Below are positions 34,368-42,085 of a stretch of 64,000 bases of DNA, piece by piece; the stretch's first letter is position 1, and every line of letters begins with the position of its first letter. The notes under the pieces are model-generated. The model had not been told where the DNA came from. It made no database searches and saw nothing but the letters and a program-made list of their open reading frames with translations. Made by a program: the position numbers and the translations under genes. This stretch comes from an uncultured virus (IMG/VR IMGVR_UViG_3300034122_000710) (lineage: Duplodnaviria; Heunggongvirae; Uroviricota; Caudoviricetes), in the IMG/VR virus record IMGVR_UViG_3300034122_000710; one strand, written 5' to 3'.

Positions 34368-34408
34368 ACCTTCATGTTCAACCTCACCCACAACTACAGG
34401 AGAAAGCA

Positions 34409-34894
34409 ATGGAAATAAGCACCACAATCGAAGCGATGCGTCGCCGCTGGGGCGAGACGATACGCCACGGAGGCGGATACTGCCCTGTGTGCACCCGATG
34501 GGGCAGCATCTACAAGCGGGGCATCAACCGCACGATGGCGCGCTCCCTGATCTGGCTCAACATGCAGCAGGGTGACGAGGACGGGTGGGTGGACGTGCCT
34601 GCCACCGGCCCCAAGGATGTGCTGCGCACCAACCAGTTGTCCACCCTCAAGTGGTGGGGGCTGATCCAGCGCAAGCCCAACGACGATCCGAAGAAGCGGT
34701 GCTCGGGCATCTGGCGCGTGACGGACAAGGGCAAAGACTTCATCAGCAGCGCCGTCCGCGTGCCCAAGTACGTCTACACCTACAACGACGAGGTTGCGTT
34801 CTACGGTGATGAAACCGTGGCGCTGAGCGACTGCTTCCTCGACAACTTCGACTACCGAGAAGTGATGGGGATTCCTCATGGCAGCGACGCCTGA
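34409..34894 (+). CDS. Zn-knuckle / winged-helix-like hypothetical protein
   Basis: CPVC...YKR.I; L..LKWWGLI...G.WRVT.KG..F; AGGAGAAAGC RBS. Confidence 0.75.
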   Translation: MEISTTIEAMRRRWGETIRHGGGYCPVCTRWGSIYKRGINRTMARSLIWLNMQQGDEDGWVDVPATGPKDVLRTNQLSTLKWWGLIQRKPNDDPKKRCSGIWRVTDKGKDFISSAVRVPKYVYTYNDEVAFYGDETVALSDCFLDNFDYREVMGIPHGSDA

Positions 34895-35189
34895 AGTCAA
34901 GGTCAAGAAGCAGTGCGTGGCACTGCTCAACGCACATGGGGTTTACTACTTCTTCCCCGTGGCCTCGGGCTACGGTAGGGTGGGCATCCCCGACATCATC
35001 GCCTGCTGCGACGGCCACTTCCTGGCCATCGAGTGCAAGGCAGGCAAGAACAAACCAACCGCTCTGCAGGAAGCCGAGATGCTCAAGATACGCACGGCAG
35101 GCGGCACGACCCTCGTGATCAACGAGGACAACATCAACGAACTACAGGGGTGGTTAGATGCTAGGAGTCCACTACATGAACAACGATGA
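34878..35189 (+). CDS. VRR-NUC domain nuclease (putative Holliday-junction resolvase)
   Basis: TPE.KVK...G.PDII.C..G.FLAIECKAG...TALQ. Confidence 0.85.
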   Translation: MAATPEVKVKKQCVALLNAHGVYYFFPVASGYGRVGIPDIIACCDGHFLAIECKAGKNKPTALQEAEMLKIRTAGGTTLVINEDNINELQGWLDARSPLHEQR

Positions 35190-35448
35190 ATACGGACGCT
35201 ACATGGAGGCGCAGGTCGCCAACATGGAGCCGGAGAAGAAGGAGGCGCTGATCCACGCCATCAAGACGCTGTTCCGCGCCTTCTCGGAAGACAACACGCA
35301 AGGCGTGCTCATACTGCTGGAGAAGGGCGAGTGCATGACCACGATGGGGCTGAACGCCACATACGACGAGTCGGTGCGCATAGTCAACACGGCGCTCAAC
35401 GTCTTCATCGAGGACGCGATAACGACTGAGACAGAAACAAAACACTAA
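35176..35448 (+). CDS. Hypothetical protein
   Basis: AGGAG RBS before ATG at 35176. Confidence 0.65.
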   Translation: MNNDEYGRYMEAQVANMEPEKKEALIHAIKTLFRAFSEDNTQGVLILLEKGECMTTMGLNATYDESVRIVNTALNVFIEDAITTETETKH

Positions 35449-35456
35449 GGAGAAGC

Positions 35457-37433
35457 ATGAGCCTACCTTTCACGCGAGTGATCGCGCTTGACTTTGAGAC
35501 TGCCTGGGACAGGAAGGAATACACCCTGTCCAAGATGACCACCGAGGAGTACGTCCGCGACCCGCGCTTCAAGGCATGGGGCCTGTGCTGGAAAGAAGTG
35601 GGGGAAGACGCATACCCCATGTGGGTTCGAGGCGAAGCCATCTCCGAGTGGGCTTCGGAAATCAATTGGGAAGAGACAGCAGTCCTGGCACACAACGCCC
35701 AGTTCGACGTGACGATTTTGAGTTGGGTGTATGGGATACAACCAGCCTTCATCTTCGACACGCTCAGCATGGCCCGCGCGCTGCGCGGCATCGAGGTGGG
35801 CAACTCCCTCGCACAACTGGCGCAAGACTTCGGCCTGCCGCCCAAGGGTCAAGCGGTTCACAGCACAGACGGGATGCTAGACGAGATCAGCGAGGAGGTT
35901 GAGCGCGAGTTGGCTGACTACTGCGCACACGACACCGTCCTGTGCGAAGCGATCTTTGATCGCTTGATGCCAGGGTTCCCGCCCAAGGAACTGCGCCTCA
36001 TCGACATCACGCTCAAGATGTACACAAGGCCGCTGCTGGAACTCGACAAGGGGATGCTGCAAGCGGCCATCGTAGAAGAAAGGGAAGCCCGTGAAGGGCT
36101 GTTAAAGAAGCTCGGTGTAGATGAGGCTGCGCTTGCGTCGAACGATAAATTTGCCGAAACGCTGCGCGCTCTTGGCATCGAGCCGCCAACGAAGATCAGC
36201 AAGACCACGGGACTTGAAGCGTACGCCTTGGCCAAGAATGATGCGCTGTTCCAGGCGCTGCTCAACAGCGACAACGAAGACGTGATGCTGCTGTGCCAAG
36301 CACGGCTCAAGGTCAAGTCCACATCCGAGCGCACGCGTGCACAACGCTTCCTCGACATCGCGCACCGTGGCCGGTTGCCGGTCCCGCTGAGTTACTTCGG
36401 CGCAGGCACTGGCCGGTGGACGGCGAGCAAGGGCAGCGCCATCAACATGCAGAACCTCAAGCGTGGCAGCTTCCTGCGCAACGCCATCATGGCGCCCGAG
36501 GGCCACCTGCTGGTGGCCGGTGACCTCTCTCAGATCGAGCCGCGTGTGCTCGGCGTGCTGTCGGACAACACGGCGCTGTTGGATATCTTTCGCTCGGGCA
36601 ACGACGCCTACGCCCAGTTCGGCTCCATCATGTTCGGCATCGTCGGCCTGACCAAGGACACGCACCCCGTGGAGCGGCAAGCCGCCAAGAGCGCGCTGAT
36701 CGGGGCGGGCTACCAGTTGGGCTGGGCGTCGTTCGCTGCGCAGCTTCTGGTGGGGTTCCTGGGCGCCAAGCCGCTGCGCTACACCAAGGACGAGGCCCGG
36801 GTGCTGGGCGTCACGGGCGAGGATGTCAGGCGCTTCCTTGAGTGGGACGAGAACCTCAAGAAGATGGAGACCATCCCGCACACCTGCAGCGACGTCGAAC
36901 TGGCCATCCACTGCCTCGCAGCCAAGGCCATTATCGACAAGTACCGAGCCGCCTCGCAGCCCGTGGTGGAGTTCTGGAACTTGTGCCAGGAACTGATCGA
37001 GTACAGCCTGTACCGGGGCAAGGAATACAAGCACAAGTGCATCACGTTCCGCAAGGAGCAAATCATCTTGCCAAGTGGCATGGCGATGCGGTATCCTGAT
37101 CTCCGCCAGGACAAAGACGAGGGTGGTCGACCCCAGTGGTCGTACGCTGATGGCAAGAAGCGCATCAAGCTGTACGCCGGGAAGATCACCAACAACATTG
37201 TTCAGGGCACGGCGCGCTGCGTCATGACAGACGGGATGCTAAGGGTTGCGAAGAAGTACCCTTTGGTAGGCACGGTGCATGACGAATTGATCGCCGTGAT
37301 ACCGGAAGGAGACGAAGATTACGCTAAGACTTGGGTCTTGGCGCAGATGACTATGGAGCCGCCGTATTTACCGGGCATCCCGCTTGATGCGGGAGTCGGT
37401 GTTCACAAGCGGTATGGAATGACCAAAGACTAA
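35457..37433 (+). CDS. DNA polymerase family A with 3'-5' exonuclease
   Basis: DFET, AHNAQFD, YC.HD exonuclease motifs; TGRW, DLSQIEPR (A), R..AKS...G.GY (B), TVHDE (C). Confidence 0.95.
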   Translation: MSLPFTRVIALDFETAWDRKEYTLSKMTTEEYVRDPRFKAWGLCWKEVGEDAYPMWVRGEAISEWASEINWEETAVLAHNAQFDVTILSWVYGIQPAFIFDTLSMARALRGIEVGNSLAQLAQDFGLPPKGQAVHSTDGMLDEISEEVERELADYCAHDTVLCEAIFDRLMPGFPPKELRLIDITLKMYTRPLLELDKGMLQAAIVEEREAREGLLKKLGVDEAALASNDKFAETLRALGIEPPTKISKTTGLEAYALAKNDALFQALLNSDNEDVMLLCQARLKVKSTSERTRAQRFLDIAHRGRLPVPLSYFGAGTGRWTASKGSAINMQNLKRGSFLRNAIMAPEGHLLVAGDLSQIEPRVLGVLSDNTALLDIFRSGNDAYAQFGSIMFGIVGLTKDTHPVERQAAKSALIGAGYQLGWASFAAQLLVGFLGAKPLRYTKDEARVLGVTGEDVRRFLEWDENLKKMETIPHTCSDVELAIHCLAAKAIIDKYRAASQPVVEFWNLCQELIEYSLYRGKEYKHKCITFRKEQIILPSGMAMRYPDLRQDKDEGGRPQWSYADGKKRIKLYAGKITNNIVQGTARCVMTDGMLRVAKKYPLVGTVHDELIAVIPEGDEDYAKTWVLAQMTMEPPYLPGIPLDAGVGVHKRYGMTKD

Positions 37434-37447
37434 ACAAAGGAGAGAGC

Positions 37448-37753
37448 ATGCCCAACATCCCCGTTCGCATCCGCGTAGGCAAGCAGATGTATTCCGTTGA
37501 CGTGGTCGAGTCCATGCGCCGCAAGGCGACGATGGGTCGCACTTACTACGACCTGGGTCGCATCGAAATCGGTGTCAACAGCAACGTCACTGGGCGCAAG
37601 TTCACCGACGCCGAGATCGACGACACCTTCTGGCACGAGGTCACGCACGCCATCCTCTACGACATGGGGCACCGCCTGCACGACGACGAGCACTTCGTCA
37701 CCGAGTTCTCAGGGCGCCTTGCCAAGGCCATCAAGTCAGCGAAGTTCAAATGA
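37448..37753 (+). CDS. Small HExxH metallopeptidase-like protein
   Basis: DTFWHEVTHAIL...DE.FV. Confidence 0.7.
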   Translation: MPNIPVRIRVGKQMYSVDVVESMRRKATMGRTYYDLGRIEIGVNSNVTGRKFTDAEIDDTFWHEVTHAILYDMGHRLHDDEHFVTEFSGRLAKAIKSAKFK

Positions 37754-38421
37754 CAGACACCAACATCACGTGGAGCCACAGCGGCCTGAAGGATTTCGAG
37801 GGTTGCGCTCGGCGCTACCACGAGGTCAAGGTTCTAAAGAACTACCCGTTCCAAGAGACGACGCACACCATCTACGGGAAGGATGTGCACAAGGCCATCG
37901 AGGACTACGGCAAGGACGGCACGCCCATCCCCGAGAAGTACGCGCAGTTCAAGCCGGTGGTGGATGCAGTGCTCAACAAGCCCGGGCGCAAGTTGTTCGA
38001 GCACGAGATGGGTGTGACCCGGGACCTGCAGCCTTGTGGCTTTAACGACCCCAATCGCTGGGTGCGCGGCATCGCCGACCTGCTGATCATTGACGACGAC
38101 AACCTCACCGCCAAGGTGGTGGACTGGAAGACGGGCAACAACAAGTACCCGGATAAAGACCAGTTGGTCTTGATGTCTCTCATGGTGTTCGCCCACTTCC
38201 CCCACATCAGGCAGGTCAAGTCGGCGCTGTTCTTTCTCGTCAAGGAAACGATGACCACCCACGCCATGCTGCGCGGTGAGGCTGAGGAGGCGTGGTGGCG
38301 TTACCGTGAGCGTGTGGCCAAGCTCGAAGCAGCGCACGCCACCGAGGTGTGGAACCCATCACAGTCCCCGCTGTGCGGATGGTGCCCTGTGGCCACCTGC
38401 ACGTTCAACCCCAAGCACTAG
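37750..38421 (+). CDS. PD-(D/E)XK (Cas4/RecB-like) exonuclease
   Basis: WSHS.L..F..C, RGIADL, VVDWKTG, QL, LCGWCP...C. Confidence 0.85.
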   Translation: MTDTNITWSHSGLKDFEGCARRYHEVKVLKNYPFQETTHTIYGKDVHKAIEDYGKDGTPIPEKYAQFKPVVDAVLNKPGRKLFEHEMGVTRDLQPCGFNDPNRWVRGIADLLIIDDDNLTAKVVDWKTGNNKYPDKDQLVLMSLMVFAHFPHIRQVKSALFFLVKETMTTHAMLRGEAEEAWWRYRERVAKLEAAHATEVWNPSQSPLCGWCPVATCTFNPKH

Positions 38422-38430
38422 GAGCCAAGC

Positions 38431-38661
38431 ATGGCCACGCGTGACTACAAGAAGGAATACGCCGAGTACCACGGCAAGCCCGAACAGATCGCCAACCGAG
38501 CCGAGCGCGTCAAGGCACGGCGCGTGATGGAGAAGACGGGTGCAGCCAAGAAGGGTGACGGCAAGGACGTAGATCACATCAGACCGCTCAGCAAGGGCGG
38601 CACCTCCGCGAAGACCAACCTGCGCATGCGCAGCGTTAAGGCCAATCGCGGAGACAAGTAA
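38431..38661 (+). CDS. Small HNH-like protein
   Basis: RDYKKEY...GDGKDVDH.RPLSKGG....NL......NR. Confidence 0.75.
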   Translation: MATRDYKKEYAEYHGKPEQIANRAERVKARRVMEKTGAAKKGDGKDVDHIRPLSKGGTSAKTNLRMRSVKANRGDK

Positions 38662-38675
38662 CAACAGGAGAAAGC

Positions 38676-40244
38676 ATGGAAGTCGTTGAGAACCGGTTGC
38701 TCGTCTTCAAGACGCGCAACCCGGATAAGTATTCCCTCATCCCCAAGAGCAAGGCGCTGCCCCGTGAAGGCGGCGGCTACGACGTAGCCGTGTACTGGGG
38801 CCTGGACGAAGCGCGTGTGCTGCGCAACCTGGGGGTGAAGAACGTACCGTCTCCCATCTATGGGCGCTACGAGTGGCCCGGGCGCTACACGCCGATGTCT
38901 CACCAGAAGGAGACTGCCTCCTTCCTCACGCTGCACCGCCGTGCGTTCGTCTTCAACGATCCCGGTACGGGCAAGACGCTATCTGCCCTGTGGGCAGCAG
39001 ACTACCTGATGAAGCGTGGCGACGTTAGGAGGGTTTTGATTTTGTGTCCGCTGTCGATCATGCACAGCGCCTGGATGCAGGACTTGGGTAACAGCGTCAT
39101 CCATCGCAGCGCGGTGGTGGCGCACCATGCCCAAGCAGCCAAAAGAATAGAACTCATTCAAGAGAACTACGAGTTCGTCATCATCAACTACGAGGGCCTG
39201 AGCCTGATTGCCAACGAGGTCAAGGCCGATGGTAGGTTTGACTTGGTGATTGTGGACGAAGCCAACGCCTACAAGAATCCACAGACCAAGCGGTGGAAGG
39301 CGCTTAACTCCATCCTCAAGCCTGACACCTACCTGTGGATGATGACCGGCACGCCTGCTTCCCAGAGTCCTGTGGACGCCTACGGTCTGGCCAAGCTGGT
39401 CAACCCCAACGGGGTGCCAAAGTTCTACACCGCATGGCGCGATGCCGTGATGAACAAGATCACGATGTTCAAGTGGGCGCCCAAGCTCGACGCTGCCGAC
39501 AAGGTGTACGAGGCGCTGCAGCCCGCCATCCGCTACAGCAAAGCGCAGTGCCTGGACCTGCCGCCCGTGGTGACGATGACCCGCGAGGTGCCACTCACGC
39601 CGCAGCAAGCCAAGTACTACAACCTGCTCAAGACCCAGATGCTGGTGATGGCTGCAGGCGAGACGATCACGGCAGTCAACGCTGCCGCTGCGTTAAATAA
39701 ACTCCTGCAAATCTCAGCAGGCGTGGCCTACACCGACAACAAGGAGGTGGTTGAGTTCGACGCTACCCCGCGTCTGAACGTCCTGATGGAAGCACTCGAA
39801 CAGACGGACAGGAAGGTGATCATCTTCGCCCTGTTCCGCTCCGCCATCGACGCCATCAGCGAGTACCTCAACAAGAACGGAATCGCCAACGAGCAGATTC
39901 ACGGCGGCGTGACCGCCACCAAGCGCGGCGACATCATCAAGCGTTTCCAGACGCAGCCCAACCCGAGGGTGCTCGTCATGCAGCCTGCGGCTACAGCGCA
40001 CGGCATCACGCTGACCGCTGCCGACACGGTGATCTTTTACGGCCCGCTGATGAGCGTGGAGCAGTACACCCAGTGCATCGCACGGGCTGACCGCAAGGGG
40101 CAGAACGCCGACAAGGTGACCGTCATCCACATCGAGGGCTCGCCCGTGGAGAAGAAGATGTTCAAGGCGCTCACCGCCAAGGTGGACGACAACGCACTGC
40201 TCGTTGACCTGTTCAACAGCGAAATTAAAGAAAGGGGGTTGTAA
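38676..40244 (+). CDS. SNF2-family (SF2) helicase
   Basis: DPGTGKT, VIVDEAN, MTGTP, HGITLTAA, Q...RADRKGQ. Confidence 0.9.
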   Translation: MEVVENRLLVFKTRNPDKYSLIPKSKALPREGGGYDVAVYWGLDEARVLRNLGVKNVPSPIYGRYEWPGRYTPMSHQKETASFLTLHRRAFVFNDPGTGKTLSALWAADYLMKRGDVRRVLILCPLSIMHSAWMQDLGNSVIHRSAVVAHHAQAAKRIELIQENYEFVIINYEGLSLIANEVKADGRFDLVIVDEANAYKNPQTKRWKALNSILKPDTYLWMMTGTPASQSPVDAYGLAKLVNPNGVPKFYTAWRDAVMNKITMFKWAPKLDAADKVYEALQPAIRYSKAQCLDLPPVVTMTREVPLTPQQAKYYNLLKTQMLVMAAGETITAVNAAAALNKLLQISAGVAYTDNKEVVEFDATPRLNVLMEALEQTDRKVIIFALFRSAIDAISEYLNKNGIANEQIHGGVTATKRGDIIKRFQTQPNPRVLVMQPAATAHGITLTAADTVIFYGPLMSVEQYTQCIARADRKGQNADKVTVIHIEGSPVEKKMFKALTAKVDDNALLVDLFNSEIKERGL

Positions 40245-40274
40245 TCGACTCTGGACACTGTATACTCTTAGACA
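40239..40274 (+). promoter_or_regulatory. Putative sigma70 promoter with overlapping operator-like box
   Basis: TTGTAA-16-TATACT; TGTATA-CTCT-TAGACA at 40259-40274 plus extra TGGACA half-site at 40252. Confidence 0.6.
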
Positions 40275-40293
40275 CAAAGATAAGGAGAAAGCA

Positions 40294-40683
40294 ATGACTG
40301 AAGACACCATCCCGATGGACAAGCTCGTGCGCATGTACACCAAGATGCGCACGGCCATCCAAGACCTCGACAAGCAGATCGAAAACATCAAGGAGCAGCA
40401 GCAAGAGGTGAAGAACGCCATGAAGGATCAGATGATGGCGCTCGGTACCAAGTCTGTTCGCACCGACTTCGGCACGATCACGCTCAAGGAGAAGACCCGG
40501 TACTACACCCAGGACTGGGACAGCTTCAAGAAGTTTGTGATCGAGCACGACGCTGTCGATCTGCTTGAGAAGCGCATCGCGCAAACCAACATGCAGACGT
40601 TCTTGGAAGAGAACCCCAGCCTGCATCCCCCTGGACTCAGCAATACTGCCGAGTTCGATATCGCTGTTACCAAGCCTCGTTAA
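40294..40683 (+). CDS. Conserved replication-module protein (coiled coil plus SVRT..GT motif)
   Basis: AGGAGAAAGC RBS; DW..F..F......DLLEKRI.Q. Confidence 0.75.
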   Translation: MTEDTIPMDKLVRMYTKMRTAIQDLDKQIENIKEQQQEVKNAMKDQMMALGTKSVRTDFGTITLKEKTRYYTQDWDSFKKFVIEHDAVDLLEKRIAQTNMQTFLEENPSLHPPGLSNTAEFDIAVTKPR

Positions 40684-40695
40684 GGAGAAAGCACC

Positions 40696-41592
40696 ATGAG
40701 CAACATCGCTCTTTTTTCTGGTTCCAATGTTCCCGCCTTCGCCAAGAAAGGCGAACTGTCCGACCTCGCCAAGTCCCTCGCAGGTGGCACTGGTGGTGGC
40801 GGCGGCAAGCGGGTGTCGATCAAAGGCGGCGTCTTCCGTCTACTCGTAGGTGGCAAGGAGGTCGCTGCAATTGATGAACGCTATCTGGACGTGGTTGTCG
40901 TCAACGCTGCCCCCAAGATCGGTCGTACCTTCTACGCCAAGGCGTACGACGGTGAGACGCTCTCTGGCCCGGACTGCTGGTCTGCGGATGGCGAGACGCC
41001 TAGCCCCGAGGCTGCGAACAGGCAATCAGATCGCTGCGCGACCTGCCCCCAGAACGTCAAGGGCTCCGGTATGGGCGAGTCTCGTGCCTGCCGGTTTAGT
41101 CAGCGCCTCGCTGTTGTTCTTGCTAATGATATTGACGGCGACGTGATGCAGTTGCAGTTGCCCGCCACGTCGATCTTCGGCAAGGAGGAAGGCGACAAGC
41201 GCCCGCTGCAAGCCTACGCTCGCTACCTCGCCGCACAAGGCGTGAGCCCCGAGACGCTGGTCACCCGCATGCAGTTCGACACCAAGGCCGAGGCACCCAA
41301 GCTCTTCTTCAAGCCGATGCGTTGGCTGACCGAGGAGGAGTACGAAAGCTCTGTGCGCCAGGGCCAGACCGAAGACGCCAAGCGCGCCGTTACCATGACG
41401 GTGGCCAAGACGGACAAGGTCGCGGCTCCCCTGGCCCTGGAGGGTACCAAGCCCAAGGCTAAGGCCGAGGCGCCCGCAGCCGAGGAAGAAGAGAACGCCC
41501 CGCCGACCAAGCGCAAGAGCAAGTCGGAAGAACCCGCAACCGCAGGCAAGCCGAATCTGGCTAAGCTCGCGGCTCAGTGGGACGATGAGTAA
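40696..41592 (+). CDS. Putative ssDNA-binding / annealing protein
   Basis: RVSIKGG.F, PDCWS.DG..P, C..CP.N.KGS...CR; acidic/aromatic WDDE C-terminus. Confidence 0.65.
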   Translation: MSNIALFSGSNVPAFAKKGELSDLAKSLAGGTGGGGGKRVSIKGGVFRLLVGGKEVAAIDERYLDVVVVNAAPKIGRTFYAKAYDGETLSGPDCWSADGETPSPEAANRQSDRCATCPQNVKGSGMGESRACRFSQRLAVVLANDIDGDVMQLQLPATSIFGKEEGDKRPLQAYARYLAAQGVSPETLVTRMQFDTKAEAPKLFFKPMRWLTEEEYESSVRQGQTEDAKRAVTMTVAKTDKVAAPLALEGTKPKAKAEAPAAEEEENAPPTKRKSKSEEPATAGKPNLAKLAAQWDDE

Positions 41593-41598
41593 TCAACC

Positions 41599-41616
41599 GG
41601 GGGCTTCGGCCCCCTT
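41599..41616 (+). terminator. UUCG hairpin, possible weak terminator/stabiliser
   Basis: GGGGGC-TTCG-GCCCCC, short T tail; same core hairpin at 28575-28588. Confidence 0.5.
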
Positions 41617-41621
41617 CCACC

Positions 41622-41903
41622 ATGTCCTATTCAGTCAAGACTGTTAAGGCCGTAAAGGCATCACCCAAAACGCTCGGGAGTCAACTCGGGCGTTGGGCCG
41701 TACATTTGGACTTCTCGGTCATCCGCATCGCCCAGGTTACGGGCGCATCGCGTCAGACTGTATACAACTGGATCACTGGCAAGAACACCGTGCTCGCGCC
41801 TTATCGGCCTGCCGTTGAGCAACTGCTGGAGATTCTGATGAAGTCCAACGATAACGAACAAGCATGGAGCAAAGCATGTCAGGAATTCAGTATCAAAGCC
41901 TGA
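41622..41903 (+). CDS. Cro-like HTH protein
   Basis: SVIRIAQVTGASRQTVYNWITG. Confidence 0.75.
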   Translation: MSYSVKTVKAVKASPKTLGSQLGRWAVHLDFSVIRIAQVTGASRQTVYNWITGKNTVLAPYRPAVEQLLEILMKSNDNEQAWSKACQEFSIKA

Positions 41904-42073
41904 GCGACGACGAGTTCGCTAGGCAGATTCAAGCCATCATCGACAAGGCGGGCGTGCTGCCGTCTGAAGTGATTAACGAATTGGTCTACCGCGTGGACAA
42001 CGGCGGGCGAGACAAAGAGCACGAACGGGCGCGTACCAACCCCAACCAACTGCCGCTGCCCTTCAACGAATAA
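41876..42073 (+). CDS. Small protein with C-terminal QLPLPF motif
   Basis: GGAGCAAAGC-ATG (variant of RBS motif); clamp-binding-like C-terminus. Confidence 0.65.
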   Translation: MSGIQYQSLSDDEFARQIQAIIDKAGVLPSEVINELVYRVDNGGRDKEHERARTNPNQLPLPFNE

Positions 42074-42085
42074 CTCGGGACATTC

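Noticed and set aside
34240..34370. HDV-like ribozyme or tmRNA on the minus strand (GAGGGGG TGA TGCAGAT...CCCCCTC GG)
   Set aside because: P1/P2 order fits HDV, but only 6 nt lie where P3/L3 must be; no tmRNA T-arm/CCA end or ALAA-type tag. Kept as an unclassified RNA.
37750..38421. Cas4 as evidence of a CRISPR system
   Set aside because: Stand-alone PD-(D/E)XK nuclease in a replication module, common in phages; no array or other cas genes.
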